From Candidatus Bathyarchaeota archaeon (GTDB taxonomy: Archaea; Thermoproteota; Bathyarchaeia; 40CM-2-53-6), in NCBI GenBank assembly GCA_963733055.1, contig CAVTBR010000001.1, positions 1,088,001 through 1,152,000 on the forward strand: DNA of 64,000 nt. Reading direction: 5' to 3'. Below, piece by piece: positions 9,105-19,497 of the stretch. Position 1 is the stretch's first letter; every line of letters starts with the position of its first letter. Under the pieces are notes generated by a model that worked only from the letters and a program-made list of their open reading frames with translations, had not been told where the DNA came from and did no database searches. The position numbers were made by a program, and so were the translations under genes.

Positions 9105-9834
9105 GTCGGTGCGGATTCTCCAATTCAATCAATCGCTGAATCCTTCTGAGAACTCTGTCGAACATCGGTTTCGTCAATCGGCGGGTTTGGGTATTCTGTC
9201 TACTCGGGTGGTAGGAGGCGGCTAAGGCTGGGTGGGGATGCGGCGGCTTGTAGAGCGCGCCGTGGTAGAACTTGAAAGCCTTAGTATTCACGCCATAATT
9301 CCTTAGGAACTTAACATAAGTCTCGAATGCGACTCGTCCAAGCGCAAGAACGACTTGTATGTTTGGCAGGAAGCGGAGTTCCTCAGTCCAGTAGCGTTTG
9401 CAAGTTTGAATCTCCTTCAAGGTGGGCTTATTCTTCGGGGGTGGGCACCTCACAATCGCGGTCATGTAGGCATCCCTTAACTCCAGCCCGTCCTTCATGC
9501 TGACGGATGTAGGCTGGTTGGCGAAACCGAAGTCGTACAGCCGCGCCATGAGGAATTGTGCCGACCCGTCCCCGGTAAACATCCGGCCGGTTCTATTGCC
9601 CCCGTGTGCCGCGGGGGCTAGGCCGAGAATTAGCAGTCTTCCTTTCGAATCCCCGAAGCCGGATAATGGTTTACCATAGTAAGTCCAATCCATGTACTGC
9701 CTTCGCTTCGTTCTAGCGACCAAGCGTCGGTAGCGCGTTAGCCTAGGGCATAGCTCGCAGCTAACTACCTCCCTGTTGAGTTGCGCGAGTGTTCGGAAAG
9801 AGGCCTGCTGCGCAGGCAAATCGAACAACCACAA
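9085..9834 (-). CDS. udgB: Uracil-DNA glycosylase family 5 (Fe-S, UDGb type)
   Basis: CxxCPRL, GLAPAAHGGNRTGRMFTGD, CPPPKNKP, YHPSRQNTQT. Confidence 0.92.
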   Translation of the reverse strand: MWLFDLPAQQASFRTLAQLNREVVSCELCPRLTRYRRLVARTKRRQYMDWTYYGKPLSGFGDSKGRLLILGLAPAAHGGNRTGRMFTGDGSAQFLMARLYDFGFANQPTSVSMKDGLELRDAYMTAIVRCPPPKNKPTLKEIQTCKRYWTEELRFLPNIQVVLALGRVAFETYVKFLRNYGVNTKAFKFYHGALYKPPHPHPALAASYHPSRQNTQTRRLTKPMFDRVLRRIQRLIELENPHRPNEMHS

Positions 9835-9845
9835 TCAGAGATGAC

Positions 9846-10325
9846 TTAGAGACTTTCCCCGGCTAGGCTGACGACTTGGCGTACTCCTTGGTGTTGAGCG
9901 TCGCCGAAGTAGATCATCGTCAACGGCAGCCATCCTGTCCAATTCATTGGAAAGTGTATCTCAAAGTACCCGTTCTGGTCGGTGGTTGCAACTTGGGTTC
10001 TGTAAGCGCCCTGCAAATAGTATTGCACGTAAACACTTGCCCCCGCCACCGGTTGGCCGGAGGGTGTTACTAGGTAACCTTTGACTCCCATCGCAACACT
10101 TCCCTGATTAATCGGGGCTACCGAGGTGAGGACTACCACCTCCCCCGTCTTGGAGACGTTTCCTGCAGGCATCGTAACGAAATCGGAGGGACGAATCTGG
10201 AAGGTGCGGCTAACCGTTACGAGCGCGTATCCGGAGGCGATCGCGGCTAGAAGAATGATTACTAGGATCAGAGCAGTCCGTATGCTCAAGCGCCGCTTTT
10301 TTTCGGCTTCATTTACGTTAGCCAT
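9846..10325 (-). CDS. Membrane-anchored Ig-like/carboxypeptidase-regulatory-like domain protein
   Basis: N-terminal TM; GQPVAGASV..TTDQNGYF motif. Confidence 0.75.
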   Translation of the reverse strand: MANVNEAEKKRRLSIRTALILVIILLAAIASGYALVTVSRTFQIRPSDFVTMPAGNVSKTGEVVVLTSVAPINQGSVAMGVKGYLVTPSGQPVAGASVYVQYYLQGAYRTQVATTDQNGYFEIHFPMNWTGWLPLTMIYFGDAQHQGVRQVVSLAGESL

Positions 10326-10484
10326 TACTTTTCACGTTAGTGGATTTGAAAATCCTTTGCACAACGATTCTTTCAGAGTTAAAGTCTTTCCGGCGGGACG
10401 GACATCAGAGGGAGTCGCCCCGTTTCGGCGCGAGAAAAGCACTTATCTATTGCGGTTCGCATGCAACCGCGTGAGATTACCGAA

Positions 10485-12149
10485 ATGTCTGAAGGCAATA
10501 TTCCTATCCTTATTCTGAAGGAAGGTTCAACGAGGACGCGCGGCCGAGACGCGCAGCGTAACAATATTCTCGCCGCGAAAGTTGTAACGGAAACTATCCG
10601 AACCACACTCGGCCCTGAGGGTATGGATAAGATGCTGGTAGCCGGCATGGGTGATGTTGTGATAACGAACGACGGAGCCACGATCATGAAGGAGTTGGAC
10701 GTTCAACACCCAGCAGCCAAAATGTTAGTTGAGGTCGCGAAAAGCCAAGACAACGAGGTTGGGGACGGCACAACTACAGCCGTCGTTCTTACCGGCGAAT
10801 TATTGTCTAAGGCTGAGAAACTGCTCGACCAAGAAGTTCACCCCACCGTCATAGTTGAAGGTTACAAGAAAGCTTCCGAGAAGGCGCTGGAAATTCTAGA
10901 AAGTCTCGCGGTCCCTATCAAGGCTGATGACATGAAGATGCTCAAACTTGTCGCCATAACTTCGATGGCGACGAAAGCTACCGTGGGGACTAGTGATCAT
11001 CTTGCTAAGTTGGCAACCGACGCTGTTAGCCAAATCATGGAAGATCGCGCGGGAAAGGTCACCGCCGACATTGACAGAATTAAGGTTGTCAAGAAGAAAG
11101 GAGAAAGTATGGACGAAAGCGAATTAGTCAGGGGTATAGTGGTTGATAAGGAAGTCTCACACCCCCAAATGCCCAAGCAGGTCAAGAACGCAAGAATCGC
11201 TCTTCTTAACGCCAAGCTTGAAATTGAGAAAACCGAGTTCGACGCGAAAATCAACATTAACTCTCCAGACCAAATGAAACTCTTCCTCGACGAAGAGGAA
11301 TCGATGCTCAGGGAGATGACGGACAAGGTAGTGAAGAGTGGGGCCAACGTGATTTTCTGCGAGAAAGGAATCGACGACCTTGCACTCCACTTCTTATCAA
11401 AGAAGAACATCATGGCCATCAAGAACGCCAGCAGCAGCGACATGGAGAAATTAGCGAAAGCCACAGGGGGAGCTATTCTAGCGAGTACGAAGGATATCAG
11501 TGCGGACGCGCTCGGAGAGGCGAAGCTTGTAGAGGAGGTAAAGATTGGTGACGATAAGCTCGTCTATGTTCGCGACTGCAAAGACCCACGGGCTGTCACG
11601 GTGGTGATCCGTGGTGGGTCGGATCATGTTGTGGACGAGGCGGAACGATCATTCCACGATGCACTCTGCGTTGTTAGAAACGCCGTGGAGGACCAGAAGA
11701 TAGTCGCCGGAGGGGGCGCGCCGGAAGCGGAGACCGCCAAGCAATTGCGCGAGTACGCGGTGAAAGTCGGTGGCCGCGAGCAGTTGGCGATTGAAGCGTA
11801 CGCTGAGGCGTTAGAAACCATACCGATAACCATTGCCGAGAACGCCGGCTTGGACCCAATCGACATAATGGTTGCGTTAAGGTCAAGTCATGCGGAGCCG
11901 GGACACAAATGGTACGGCGTTCAGGTTAAGACCGGCAAGATCGCCGACATGTTCGCGGATAATATTATCGAACCGCTCAGAGTTAAACAGCAAGTCATCA
12001 AGTCTGCAACAGAAGCGGCGAGCATGCTACTCAGAATTGACGATGTAGTCTCTTCGAAAGGAAAGGAAGGTCCACCAAGTGGTGGAATGCCGGGAGGAAT
12101 GCCAGGCGGCATGGGCGGAATGGGCGGCATGCCACCAGGCATGATGTAA
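10485..12149 (+). CDS. ths: Thermosome (group II chaperonin) subunit
   Basis: [33 protein letters not shown]-repeat tail; start probably ATG 10485. Confidence 0.98.
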   Translation: MSEGNIPILILKEGSTRTRGRDAQRNNILAAKVVTETIRTTLGPEGMDKMLVAGMGDVVITNDGATIMKELDVQHPAAKMLVEVAKSQDNEVGDGTTTAVVLTGELLSKAEKLLDQEVHPTVIVEGYKKASEKALEILESLAVPIKADDMKMLKLVAITSMATKATVGTSDHLAKLATDAVSQIMEDRAGKVTADIDRIKVVKKKGESMDESELVRGIVVDKEVSHPQMPKQVKNARIALLNAKLEIEKTEFDAKININSPDQMKLFLDEEESMLREMTDKVVKSGANVIFCEKGIDDLALHFLSKKNIMAIKNASSSDMEKLAKATGGAILASTKDISADALGEAKLVEEVKIGDDKLVYVRDCKDPRAVTVVIRGGSDHVVDEAERSFHDALCVVRNAVEDQKIVAGGGAPEAETAKQLREYAVKVGGREQLAIEAYAEALETIPITIAENAGLDPIDIMVALRSSHAEPGHKWYGVQVKTGKIADMFADNIIEPLRVKQQVIKSATEAASMLLRIDDVVSSKGKEGPPSGGMPGGMPGGMGGMGGMPPGMM

Positions 12150-12180
12150 ACTAACTAAGCCCACAAATTTTGGTGGCGCA

Positions 12181-12570
12181 ATGCCCGCCAAACTCGACGA
12201 GAAAGCTATCAGACTAATCGAAGCGAAGAATTTCGCCTTCCTAGGCACCCTCCTTCCAGACGGGTCGCCCCACGTTGCTCCGGTATGGATAGACCATGAC
12301 GGAGACATGGTTCTTGTCAATACTGAGATGGGCCGAGTCAAACAGAAGAATACGGCGAGGGACCCAAGAGTTTCTATCTCCGTCGCGGACCAGAACAACA
12401 TGTACGACAGGGTCGTAATTCAGGGCCGTGTGGTCTCACAGAGTTTCGACGGAGCGGAAGCGCACATAGACAAACTCACCAACAAGTACACGGGCGCCAA
12501 GAAGTATCAACGCTCCACGCAGAAAGAGAAACGGGTCATTATCAAGATTCAGCCCGTTAAGATAAGTTGA
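12181..12570 (+). CDS. PPOX-class (F420-dependent) oxidoreductase family protein
   Basis: LGTLLPDGSPHVAPVW, K.KN..RDPRVSISV motifs. Confidence 0.88.
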   Translation: MPAKLDEKAIRLIEAKNFAFLGTLLPDGSPHVAPVWIDHDGDMVLVNTEMGRVKQKNTARDPRVSISVADQNNMYDRVVIQGRVVSQSFDGAEAHIDKLTNKYTGAKKYQRSTQKEKRVIIKIQPVKIS

Positions 12571-12644
12571 GATAATCGCCCACGGGAATTTCGAATCAAT
12601 TTAACCGATCAAAAGTAGTACGGACTCGAACCGGTGGATCGTAA

Positions 12645-13328
12645 TTGAAGTATTGCCGGAATTGTGGAACTGAACTAGGCGACCAGGCGATATTTTGCCA
12701 CGAGTGCGGAGCCTCCTATGCACCGGGGGCTGATTCCTCGCCGCCAGCGCAGTCTGGGCAGCCGTTGACGTTGTCGAAGGAGGTTTTCTACGTCGTGATT
12801 ATCGCGCTCGTCTTAATGGGGATCTTAGTAGCCGGTCTAGCTATTCGCGGCCCTGGGGGGTCGGTGGCGCAGACTCAAACGAATTACGTTACAAATTACG
12901 TAACGCAGATGCAGTACACAACCCTTAGCGCCGGTTTCACCTCAAGCACGACTACGACTCAGGCCTATACGGTGACGGTGGCTTCGTTTACGACGTTGGC
13001 CTCAGGGCCGCCGCCGAGTTGGTTCAGCCAACAGTATTGTGGCTACCCGTTCAACCCGTACGTCTGCAACGAAGGCCCCCCGGTTACTGTTACGGGGTTT
13101 TTGACTGGGGATTCATCCTGTTTGGATTTGTACGTTGCGACGGGGGTGACGTATGTTGTTTGGAATTTGCCTAATTCTACGAAGTACCTGAACAATGCCG
13201 TTCAGGTGTACGGGTTTGTTTACCCTAGCTGGCCGCAGGTTCAGCCCTTCCCGCCGTACCCGTTTCAGAAGACTCTCTGTGTTGGGATTCCGATGTGGTC
13301 GATAGCACCCTACATCCAAATCGCGTAA
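12645..13328 (+). CDS. Zinc-ribbon + TM + Thr-rich linker + Cys-containing extracellular domain protein
   Basis: YCRNCG..FCHECG at the N-terminus, one TM, Thr-rich stretch. Confidence 0.8.
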   Translation: MKYCRNCGTELGDQAIFCHECGASYAPGADSSPPAQSGQPLTLSKEVFYVVIIALVLMGILVAGLAIRGPGGSVAQTQTNYVTNYVTQMQYTTLSAGFTSSTTTTQAYTVTVASFTTLASGPPPSWFSQQYCGYPFNPYVCNEGPPVTVTGFLTGDSSCLDLYVATGVTYVVWNLPNSTKYLNNAVQVYGFVYPSWPQVQPFPPYPFQKTLCVGIPMWSIAPYIQIA

Positions 13329-13491
13329 GGTTTTGTTTGAGGAAGACCAATGTTCTACGTGACTTTTTCTACTTGTGACCCCTGGGGGGGCATAGTTTTC
13401 TATGGCGCGGAGTTTGGGGGTTTGACTGTTGAGTGGGGTTGGGTTTGTGATTCTGAGTGTTCGGGTTTGCAGGGAAAGTTGACCACAAGCA

Positions 13492-13713
13492 TCAGCCTTC
13501 TGCCCGCATCTTGTCGAGTAGTTTGACAGCCTCTTCTTTTGTTAGCTTACTCGTTCCAGCCAAGTCAAAAATGGAAGGAGCCTTTGTGAGAATGACCCTG
13601 TCGCCTTCTCCCTCCGCCCTCAGCCTGGAACCTTCCTTGAGCCTCAACTTCTTTCTAACGTCCACAGGTATTGTGATCCGACTTCGCCTGTTGACCACCG
13701 GTTCCTTGGCCAT
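13492..13713 (-). CDS. AbrB/MazE/SpoVT-family antitoxin or regulator (orphan)
   Basis: RSRITIPVDVRKKLRLKEGSRL signature. Confidence 0.85.
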   Translation of the reverse strand: MAKEPVVNRRSRITIPVDVRKKLRLKEGSRLRAEGEGDRVILTKAPSIFDLAGTSKLTKEEAVKLLDKMRAEG

Positions 13714-13746
13714 GACATCCCTGCGTTGTTCACTAATAATAAGAGA

Positions 13747-13790
13747 ATTCCTACGGCCGCCCCATTCCTACCGACCCACATATCCTACCG
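13747..13790. promoter_or_regulatory. Three short direct repeats (core TCCTAC) upstream of AbrB; putative operator
   Basis: ATTCCTACGG 13747, ATTCCTACCG 13764, ATCCTACCG 13782. Confidence 0.55.
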
Positions 13791-13916
13791 TCGGCTTGAA
13801 CACCTCATAAGCTATTCAAAATGGGTCAGGACTCTTCCCCACCACCCAAACCTAACCAGGAACCCGTTTGTTGAGGCGGACGATTAGCCTTTAATGCCAA
13901 GGAGCCGGTTCTTGGC

Positions 13917-14645
13917 TTGGGTTCCAAATTGTCAGATAACAATGCCGAGGTCATGCTTGCGCAGGAGCAGGGGGTTGTCATGCGCGAGGCGGGGGCGGCG
14001 AAGGAGTTGGAAGGACAACTCGGGGGCGAATTAGAAGGCACACTCCTGTTAACCAATCATCGATTGCTATTCGTTTGTAGCAACGAACAGGAGGATGACG
14101 TTAGAGGGGGACTAGGGACGATGCGGTTGGTATACTCAGATGTGGAGGACTTAGCCTCCATCCCAGGCGGGGAGAACAACGTGTTCATCGAACTAACCTC
14201 CATCTCATCCGTGAAAGGCCACACGGGACACGTAACGAAGCCGAGCCTCGAGGTCAAATGGCAAGAAGGAACGGGCGAGAAGGGGAGAGTATTCATCGAA
14301 CATTTGACCGGCCGGAGTAGACGAAGAAATCTGAATGACTGGGCGAAGGTAATGGAACGGTTGAAGACAGGTGAACAGAAACTAGTCCAACTGCCACAAC
14401 CTCCCACAACAGATACGCTCGACGGGAAGGTTTACCGTGTTCTAGCCGATATGCAGAGGAAAGGTGTCTTCGAGATTGAGGAGGAGGCCGAGAAGCAGTT
14501 CGGTTCCAAGCTTGACCCAGATGACGTTCAAGCAGCTTGCGATAGACTAGTGAATAGTGGGCTTCTGAAGAAGATTCCCGACCCCAGTGGGGATAATTAT
14601 TATCAAAAGTGTTCTCCGCTTGGCGAGGACGAATTGAACTCCTAA
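13917..14645 (+). CDS. PH/GRAM-like domain plus C-terminal winged-helix protein
   Basis: GTLLLTNHRLLF..IELTSISSV..W helix (PH-like), then DVQAACDRLVNSGLLKK (wHTH-like). Confidence 0.7.
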   Translation: MGSKLSDNNAEVMLAQEQGVVMREAGAAKELEGQLGGELEGTLLLTNHRLLFVCSNEQEDDVRGGLGTMRLVYSDVEDLASIPGGENNVFIELTSISSVKGHTGHVTKPSLEVKWQEGTGEKGRVFIEHLTGRSRRRNLNDWAKVMERLKTGEQKLVQLPQPPTTDTLDGKVYRVLADMQRKGVFEIEEEAEKQFGSKLDPDDVQAACDRLVNSGLLKKIPDPSGDNYYQKCSPLGEDELNS

Positions 14646-14737
14646 AATCTCGAAAGCTGATCTGTTTTCTGGTTGCCTGCCCCTGACAACGGATTTGGCA
14701 ACTCCAAGAAGTGCCTCGTGGGGTGAAGGATTAGACA

Positions 14738-15877
14738 ATGCCAGCGACCCCGAACCCCTCAAGCCCAGTCGATATTCTGCGCAGACTAATTGAATTCCCC
14801 ACTTACGAAAAAAGCGGGATGCAGAAGTGCGCTGAATTTCTAGCGGCTGAAATGCAACGGGTGGGGTTTAGGGTTGAGGTTGACGAACTCAACAGCGTCT
14901 TCGCTGAACGAACCTACGAGGGCGGGGAAGGGGCTTTCCTCATTAACTGCCATTTCGACACGGTCCCATCCACGCCAAGATGGACCAAGGACCCGCTTCA
15001 TGCGTCGTTTGAAGGGGATAGGTTGTATGGGCTTGGGTCGTCGGATGATAAGGGCTCCGCGGCCTCAATCCTGCACGTCTTAGCCACGTTGAAGGCTTCT
15101 CGGTTTCGGAAGCTTGAGGTACTGTTTTCGAACTATGAGGACAACAACACGGTCTTCGAAGGTCAAACCTGGCTTGGGACGCCCTACTTTCTAAAACACC
15201 ACCACCTCGAATCAAAGTCCGGCATCAACGTTGAGGGAACAGTCGAGAAGGGCCGGCTGATGGTTTCACTGGGGTGCGGAGGGAGGGTAGGGTTTACGGT
15301 TAAGACGATTGGTAAGGAAGCGCACTCGTCTGATCCGCGGAGGGGCAGGAATGCGATCTATGACATGGTCAAGGTGGTGGAGGCGTTGCGAAAACTTCCC
15401 CCCGTCCGCATGACGCTGGACGGACGTGAGGCATACACGGAACTCAACGTGAGCATGATACGGGGTGGTATAGCGCTAAACATTGTTCCGGGTGAGTGTG
15501 AGATAACTTGTGAACGGCGAGTGTTGCCGAACGAGGAATGGGCCACGGTGAAGGAACAAGTGCAAGGCGCCTTGGATACGGTGAAGGGGGTGGAGTTTCG
15601 AGTCTCATACATGAACCGCCAAAATTCATACGTCATACCACGAGACCACCCAGCCGTCACCCTCGCAACGGACTCGACAAGGCAGGTGCTCGGGTATTCT
15701 CCGGAATTCAAAGTTGAATCAGGCAGAACAGACTCAACCTACCTCAACGAAGCCGGCATCAAAACCGTAATCATCGGACCTGGCGAAGTGGCGCACATAG
15801 CCGACGAATACATCAACGTGAAAAGGCTCGAAGAATTCACCCAAGTAGTCTACCGTATGTTATCAGAAAGAGACTAA
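14738..15877 (+). CDS. M20-family metallopeptidase/deacylase (ArgE/DapE-like)
   Basis: HFDTVP, LYGLGSSDDKG, GKEAHSS, NIVPG, GRTD, AHIADEY. Confidence 0.92.
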   Translation: MPATPNPSSPVDILRRLIEFPTYEKSGMQKCAEFLAAEMQRVGFRVEVDELNSVFAERTYEGGEGAFLINCHFDTVPSTPRWTKDPLHASFEGDRLYGLGSSDDKGSAASILHVLATLKASRFRKLEVLFSNYEDNNTVFEGQTWLGTPYFLKHHHLESKSGINVEGTVEKGRLMVSLGCGGRVGFTVKTIGKEAHSSDPRRGRNAIYDMVKVVEALRKLPPVRMTLDGREAYTELNVSMIRGGIALNIVPGECEITCERRVLPNEEWATVKEQVQGALDTVKGVEFRVSYMNRQNSYVIPRDHPAVTLATDSTRQVLGYSPEFKVESGRTDSTYLNEAGIKTVIIGPGEVAHIADEYINVKRLEEFTQVVYRMLSERD

Positions 15878-15958
15878 CTGTACCGCTTAGTATCGTGGGT
15901 ACAATTCACCCCACGTCAACGACTCTCCGGCTCATTAGTCCAAATGAGTTAGCCAGCG

Positions 15959-16186
15959 CTAGAGCAACTTCAGAAATTCGTCTTTGGAGATTCCTGCTTC
16001 AGCTATGATCTCCATTAGCAGTCCCTTTCCAATCGGATCGTGTCTTGGGACACTAATGCGATTTCCCCCTTGGTTCCGAAGAATTATGTGACTGCCAGAC
16101 TGTCTTACCGGTACAAAACCCATTTTTCTAAGGGCCTTGAGAATGTCTCTCCAAGATAGGCTTGGAAGCTTAGAGGAATTAGGCAA
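15959..16186 (-). CDS. hicA: HicA-family mRNA interferase toxin
   Basis: GFVPVRQSGSHIIL..ISVPRH..IGKGLL. Confidence 0.92.
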   Translation of the reverse strand: MPNSSKLPSLSWRDILKALRKMGFVPVRQSGSHIILRNQGGNRISVPRHDPIGKGLLMEIIAEAGISKDEFLKLL

Positions 16187-16396
16187 CTACACGGTTACCT
16201 GGACAAGCTTAGCCTTCTTCTCCTTGGCCTCCGCCTCAACGTCCTCCAAATAGAGCTTTATGGCATCTTGAATGTTCTTGAGCGCCTCCGCCTCTGTCTT
16301 GCCTTCGCTGAGACAGCCAGGCAGCTCGATGCATCTCGCAACAAAGCCCTCCCCGCGTTGGCGTTTGAGGAATACATGATAGTTTCTAGCTTCCAT
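16187..16396 (-). CDS. hicB: HicB-family antitoxin
   Basis: ELPGCLSEGKTEAEALKNIQDAI. Confidence 0.92.
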   Translation of the reverse strand: MEARNYHVFLKRQRGEGFVARCIELPGCLSEGKTEAEALKNIQDAIKLYLEDVEAEAKEKKAKLVQVTV

Positions 16397-16557
16397 GGAC
16401 AGATTTCAATTAGCCCCCGTATTTATTCACGCCGTTCTTTTTTCGAACAACAAAGGGCGGACACGTAATCTAGTGATGCCCAGAGTGATTGTTTGAGGCG
16501 GCTACACGTCAAGTCAGCATCTCAGTGATCTTCTAGTCGAGCCTGTGAACCCCAAAG

Positions 16558-16590
16558 TGGTGGGGCCGGTGGGATACGAACCCTCGACCT
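16558..16590 (-). pseudogene. Degenerate tRNA 3'-end fragment (T-arm, acceptor strand, CCA); probable att-site scar
   Basis: Minus strand reads AGGTCGAGGGTTCGTATCCCACCGGCCCCACCA; no 5' half is visible upstream. Confidence 0.75.
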
Positions 16591-16639
16591 AGTGTGGAAA
16601 CAGACCTCTGAACAGAAGCGTTCTGGCGCTGCTTCGAGA

Positions 16640-17086
16640 TTAGCAGAAGTTTGGTTCTGAGTTTTCAGGAACGGGCGGCTCTGGCTCAGCGTAGAGTTTG
16701 GGGTTGCCTTTCACGCAAAGGAACGTGAATGGTTCGTCCTTGTTGTTACTGAATTGGTGGATGGCGTTTGAGGGGATGAAGAGCGTGTCCCCTGCCTTGA
16801 GGGTTCGCAGAGATGCGTTTGGTTGTTTTGATTGTCTCAACAACCCCTCCCCACTCATTACGTATACGTGATGTTCGTACGGGTGTTGGTCGAGCGGCGT
16901 ATGCCCTCCCTTCTGAACAATGTAGAGGCGCAGGGCGAATCGGTCAGAACCCTGCCGATCATCAACCAAGTATTGCACTTGAGTCTTTTCCGCACCCTTC
17001 TTGTCCAAGACTTCTATTGGAACGTTCGTAGTGTTGACCAGGAATATTCGTTTCTCCTGCTCCGCTTCCTGTCCCACATTGGTCAC
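16640..17086 (-). CDS. Cupin domain protein
   Basis: GHTPLDQHPYEHHVYVMSGEG..GDTLFIPSNAIHQF. Confidence 0.9.
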   Translation of the reverse strand: MTNVGQEAEQEKRIFLVNTTNVPIEVLDKKGAEKTQVQYLVDDRQGSDRFALRLYIVQKGGHTPLDQHPYEHHVYVMSGEGLLRQSKQPNASLRTLKAGDTLFIPSNAIHQFSNNKDEPFTFLCVKGNPKLYAEPEPPVPENSEPNFC

Positions 17087-18711
17087 TACTTGTTTACGAT
17101 CCAGCGTGATTGTTCGCGCATGAATTGTGGCACGTAGTTTGGACCCAACCCACTCTTGCCTGTCGAGCCGCTGCCCTTCCAGCCTCCGAATGAGTTGATG
17201 CCAGGCCAGGCTCCGGTGGTAGCTCCCGCACGCCTATTCGCGTACGTAACGCCGGCTTCGACGTGGTCGAAGAAAGTTGCAAGCTCCTTTCTGTCCTTGC
17301 TATAGATGCCCGCACATAACCCATATTCTGAATCATTTGCCAACTCCAACGCCTCATCGAGGGAACCCACCCCACCGATCACAAGGAATGGAACGAATAA
17401 CTCGTCTCTGAAGAGACGATGGGTTAGGGGAAGGTTGTCAACGATCGCGGGCTCGACGAAATATCCATTCTCGAACCCATCCCGTTTTACTTGGTTGCCC
17501 CCGGACAGGAAATTTCCCTTACCATTTCTCGCTTCCTCAGCCGCCTGCAGGTAAGTTTCCACCGCGCCTTTGTTGATGAGCGGGCCGAGGAACGTTTCCT
17601 TCTTGATCGGGTCGCCTAATCTCACGAGTTTCTCAGTGTAATTCTTCAATGAGGCCGTTAACTTGTCCTTGACCGATTGCTCCACGTAGACGCGGGAGCA
17701 GGCGCTGCATTTTTGTCCTCCGAACCCGAACGCTGCGCGGACGATTCCTTCCGCGGCTTGGTCGATGTCGGCTTCGCTGGTGACTATTGCTGGGTTTTTG
17801 CCGCCCATCTCGGTTATGACGGGTTTGGGGTAGTCTTTCGCGAAGTGATGGTATAACCCGATTCCAACGTCCTTGGAGCCGGTGAAAATCATCCCATCCA
17901 CATCCCTGTTCTCTTGCAGCTCAGCGCCGACAGTTCCGCCCGGGCCGGTGACAAAGTTGAAGACACCTCGCGGAATTCCGGCGTCGACGTAGGCTCGGGT
18001 CAGCTCGTGGCCGAGTACGGAGGATTCGCTTGAAGGCTTGAAGACCACAGTATTCCCCGCTGTCATAGCGCCCGCGGTCATGCCCGTAGACAACGCGAGG
18101 GGGAAGTTCCACGGAGCGATTACCGCCCAAACCCCGTAGGGTCTAAGAACGCTCACCGTCTCCTGTCCGGGGCCGGGGGATTCGAGTGGTTTCACGTAAC
18201 CCCTGTTCAGGTCCATTTGATCGCAATAGTACCGTATCAGTTCCGCAGCCTCGTTCACCTCTGCCAATGATTCGGCTCGGTTCTTGCCGACCTCAAACGC
18301 CATCCACGCCGACAACTCATAACGCCTCGCGACAATGATGTCCGCAGCCTTACGCAGAATTTTCAAACGTTCTTTGTATGGCGTCTCGCTCCATTTCGTG
18401 TAAGCCTCCTGTGCCGCATCTATCGCCGCATTCGCGTCGTCGCGTGTGCCCTTCGGGAAATGACTCACCGTAATGCCTGTGTTGATGGGGCTTTGGTGGG
18501 GGATCTCTTCCCCTGTTCCGACCCATTTTTCGCCGTTAACGTACATCGCGAAATGTCCGCCAAGCTCCGCCCGCACTTTTTCAACGGCGTGATCGTACGC
18601 CCTGTCGTCGTCGGGTGTGATCTTCATCGTAGCGTAGGTAATTCGCAGTACCTTACCCTTTTTCGGGGAAGTTTTCGTCGGTTTCTTCCTAACTTTCTTT
18701 GAAGAAGGCAT
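17086..18711 (-). CDS. Aldehyde dehydrogenase, 1-pyrroline-5-carboxylate dehydrogenase-like
   Basis: PWNFP, FTGS, EMGGKN, AFGFGGQKCSACSR, ELFVP, YGL, FGGWKGSG; start probably ATG 18711. Confidence 0.9.
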   Translation of the reverse strand: MPSSKKVRKKPTKTSPKKGKVLRITYATMKITPDDDRAYDHAVEKVRAELGGHFAMYVNGEKWVGTGEEIPHQSPINTGITVSHFPKGTRDDANAAIDAAQEAYTKWSETPYKERLKILRKAADIIVARRYELSAWMAFEVGKNRAESLAEVNEAAELIRYYCDQMDLNRGYVKPLESPGPGQETVSVLRPYGVWAVIAPWNFPLALSTGMTAGAMTAGNTVVFKPSSESSVLGHELTRAYVDAGIPRGVFNFVTGPGGTVGAELQENRDVDGMIFTGSKDVGIGLYHHFAKDYPKPVITEMGGKNPAIVTSEADIDQAAEGIVRAAFGFGGQKCSACSRVYVEQSVKDKLTASLKNYTEKLVRLGDPIKKETFLGPLINKGAVETYLQAAEEARNGKGNFLSGGNQVKRDGFENGYFVEPAIVDNLPLTHRLFRDELFVPFLVIGGVGSLDEALELANDSEYGLCAGIYSKDRKELATFFDHVEAGVTYANRRAGATTGAWPGINSFGGWKGSGSTGKSGLGPNYVPQFMREQSRWIVNK

Positions 18712-19275
18712 AGGAAACTTCTCTACTCCGCGCCGTGTTTCCACGCGGGTATTTAGGATTACGCACAAATTTCGACGTGGACGAGTGAAACAGCCCTCGT
18801 CAAAATGCCTGCCGACGGATCGGGTTCAAATCGAACGGTACTGCGTGTGGCTTGGCGCCTTGACGGAAAATTCTGGTGTGGTTAGACGATGAATCGGAGT
18901 AGTCGAATTAGCGACATGTAGTCTCCGGTCGCGAAGAAGACTATCGCCATGAGGAGTGGAAGGTGTTTTCGCCATCTTCCAACTGCGTCCGTAGTCATAG
19001 CCATCAACATGATTCTAGGCGGGGTGGTAAACAAGAGTGAGTGCAAACAACCAACGCAAAACCCAACCCAGCCAGAAGTCATAACGGGTAGGATCGTTTG
19101 CATGGGTTTGCTTGGGGACCCGCGAATACATGCCAATTGAAACCTCCGAGATCCTCCTCCTTTTCTGGGATTGCACGTGACACAAGATTGAGTCAAGAAA
19201 TAGCCCTTGGCGGATCAATGTTGCATATGTGTGAGTACATGCGGTTGCGCACTCGGGGTACCAGGTAGGAAGGTA

Positions 19276-19314
19276 GGGTGTGCCACACCCCCTCTGAAAG
19301 GGTGGGCCACACCC
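19276..19314. repeat. Two tandem 15-bp palindromic units
   Basis: GGGTGTGCCACACCC (19276-19290) and GGGTGGGCCACACCC (19300-19314). Confidence 0.75.
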
Positions 19315-19497
19315 GGGAATAGTAAACAGCAGACTTGACTTAAGCGAGCCCTGGGATTGTTTACGCGGTTAAAATAGTTCTAAGTGACGGCGCAATTTTC
19401 GCGCCTTCAGCAGTCGCCGGACAAGTCACCGGCGAGACAGGCGTACCCTAACTAGTCATAGGCCGCGATTCAATTCTTGCGATGGCTGCAGGAGTGT

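Noticed and set aside
12080-12146. GGM-coding tandem repeats
   Set aside because: Ordinary chaperonin C-terminal tail
18882-19218. Three overlapping short ORFs
   Set aside because: None is convincing; at most a decayed small membrane-protein gene
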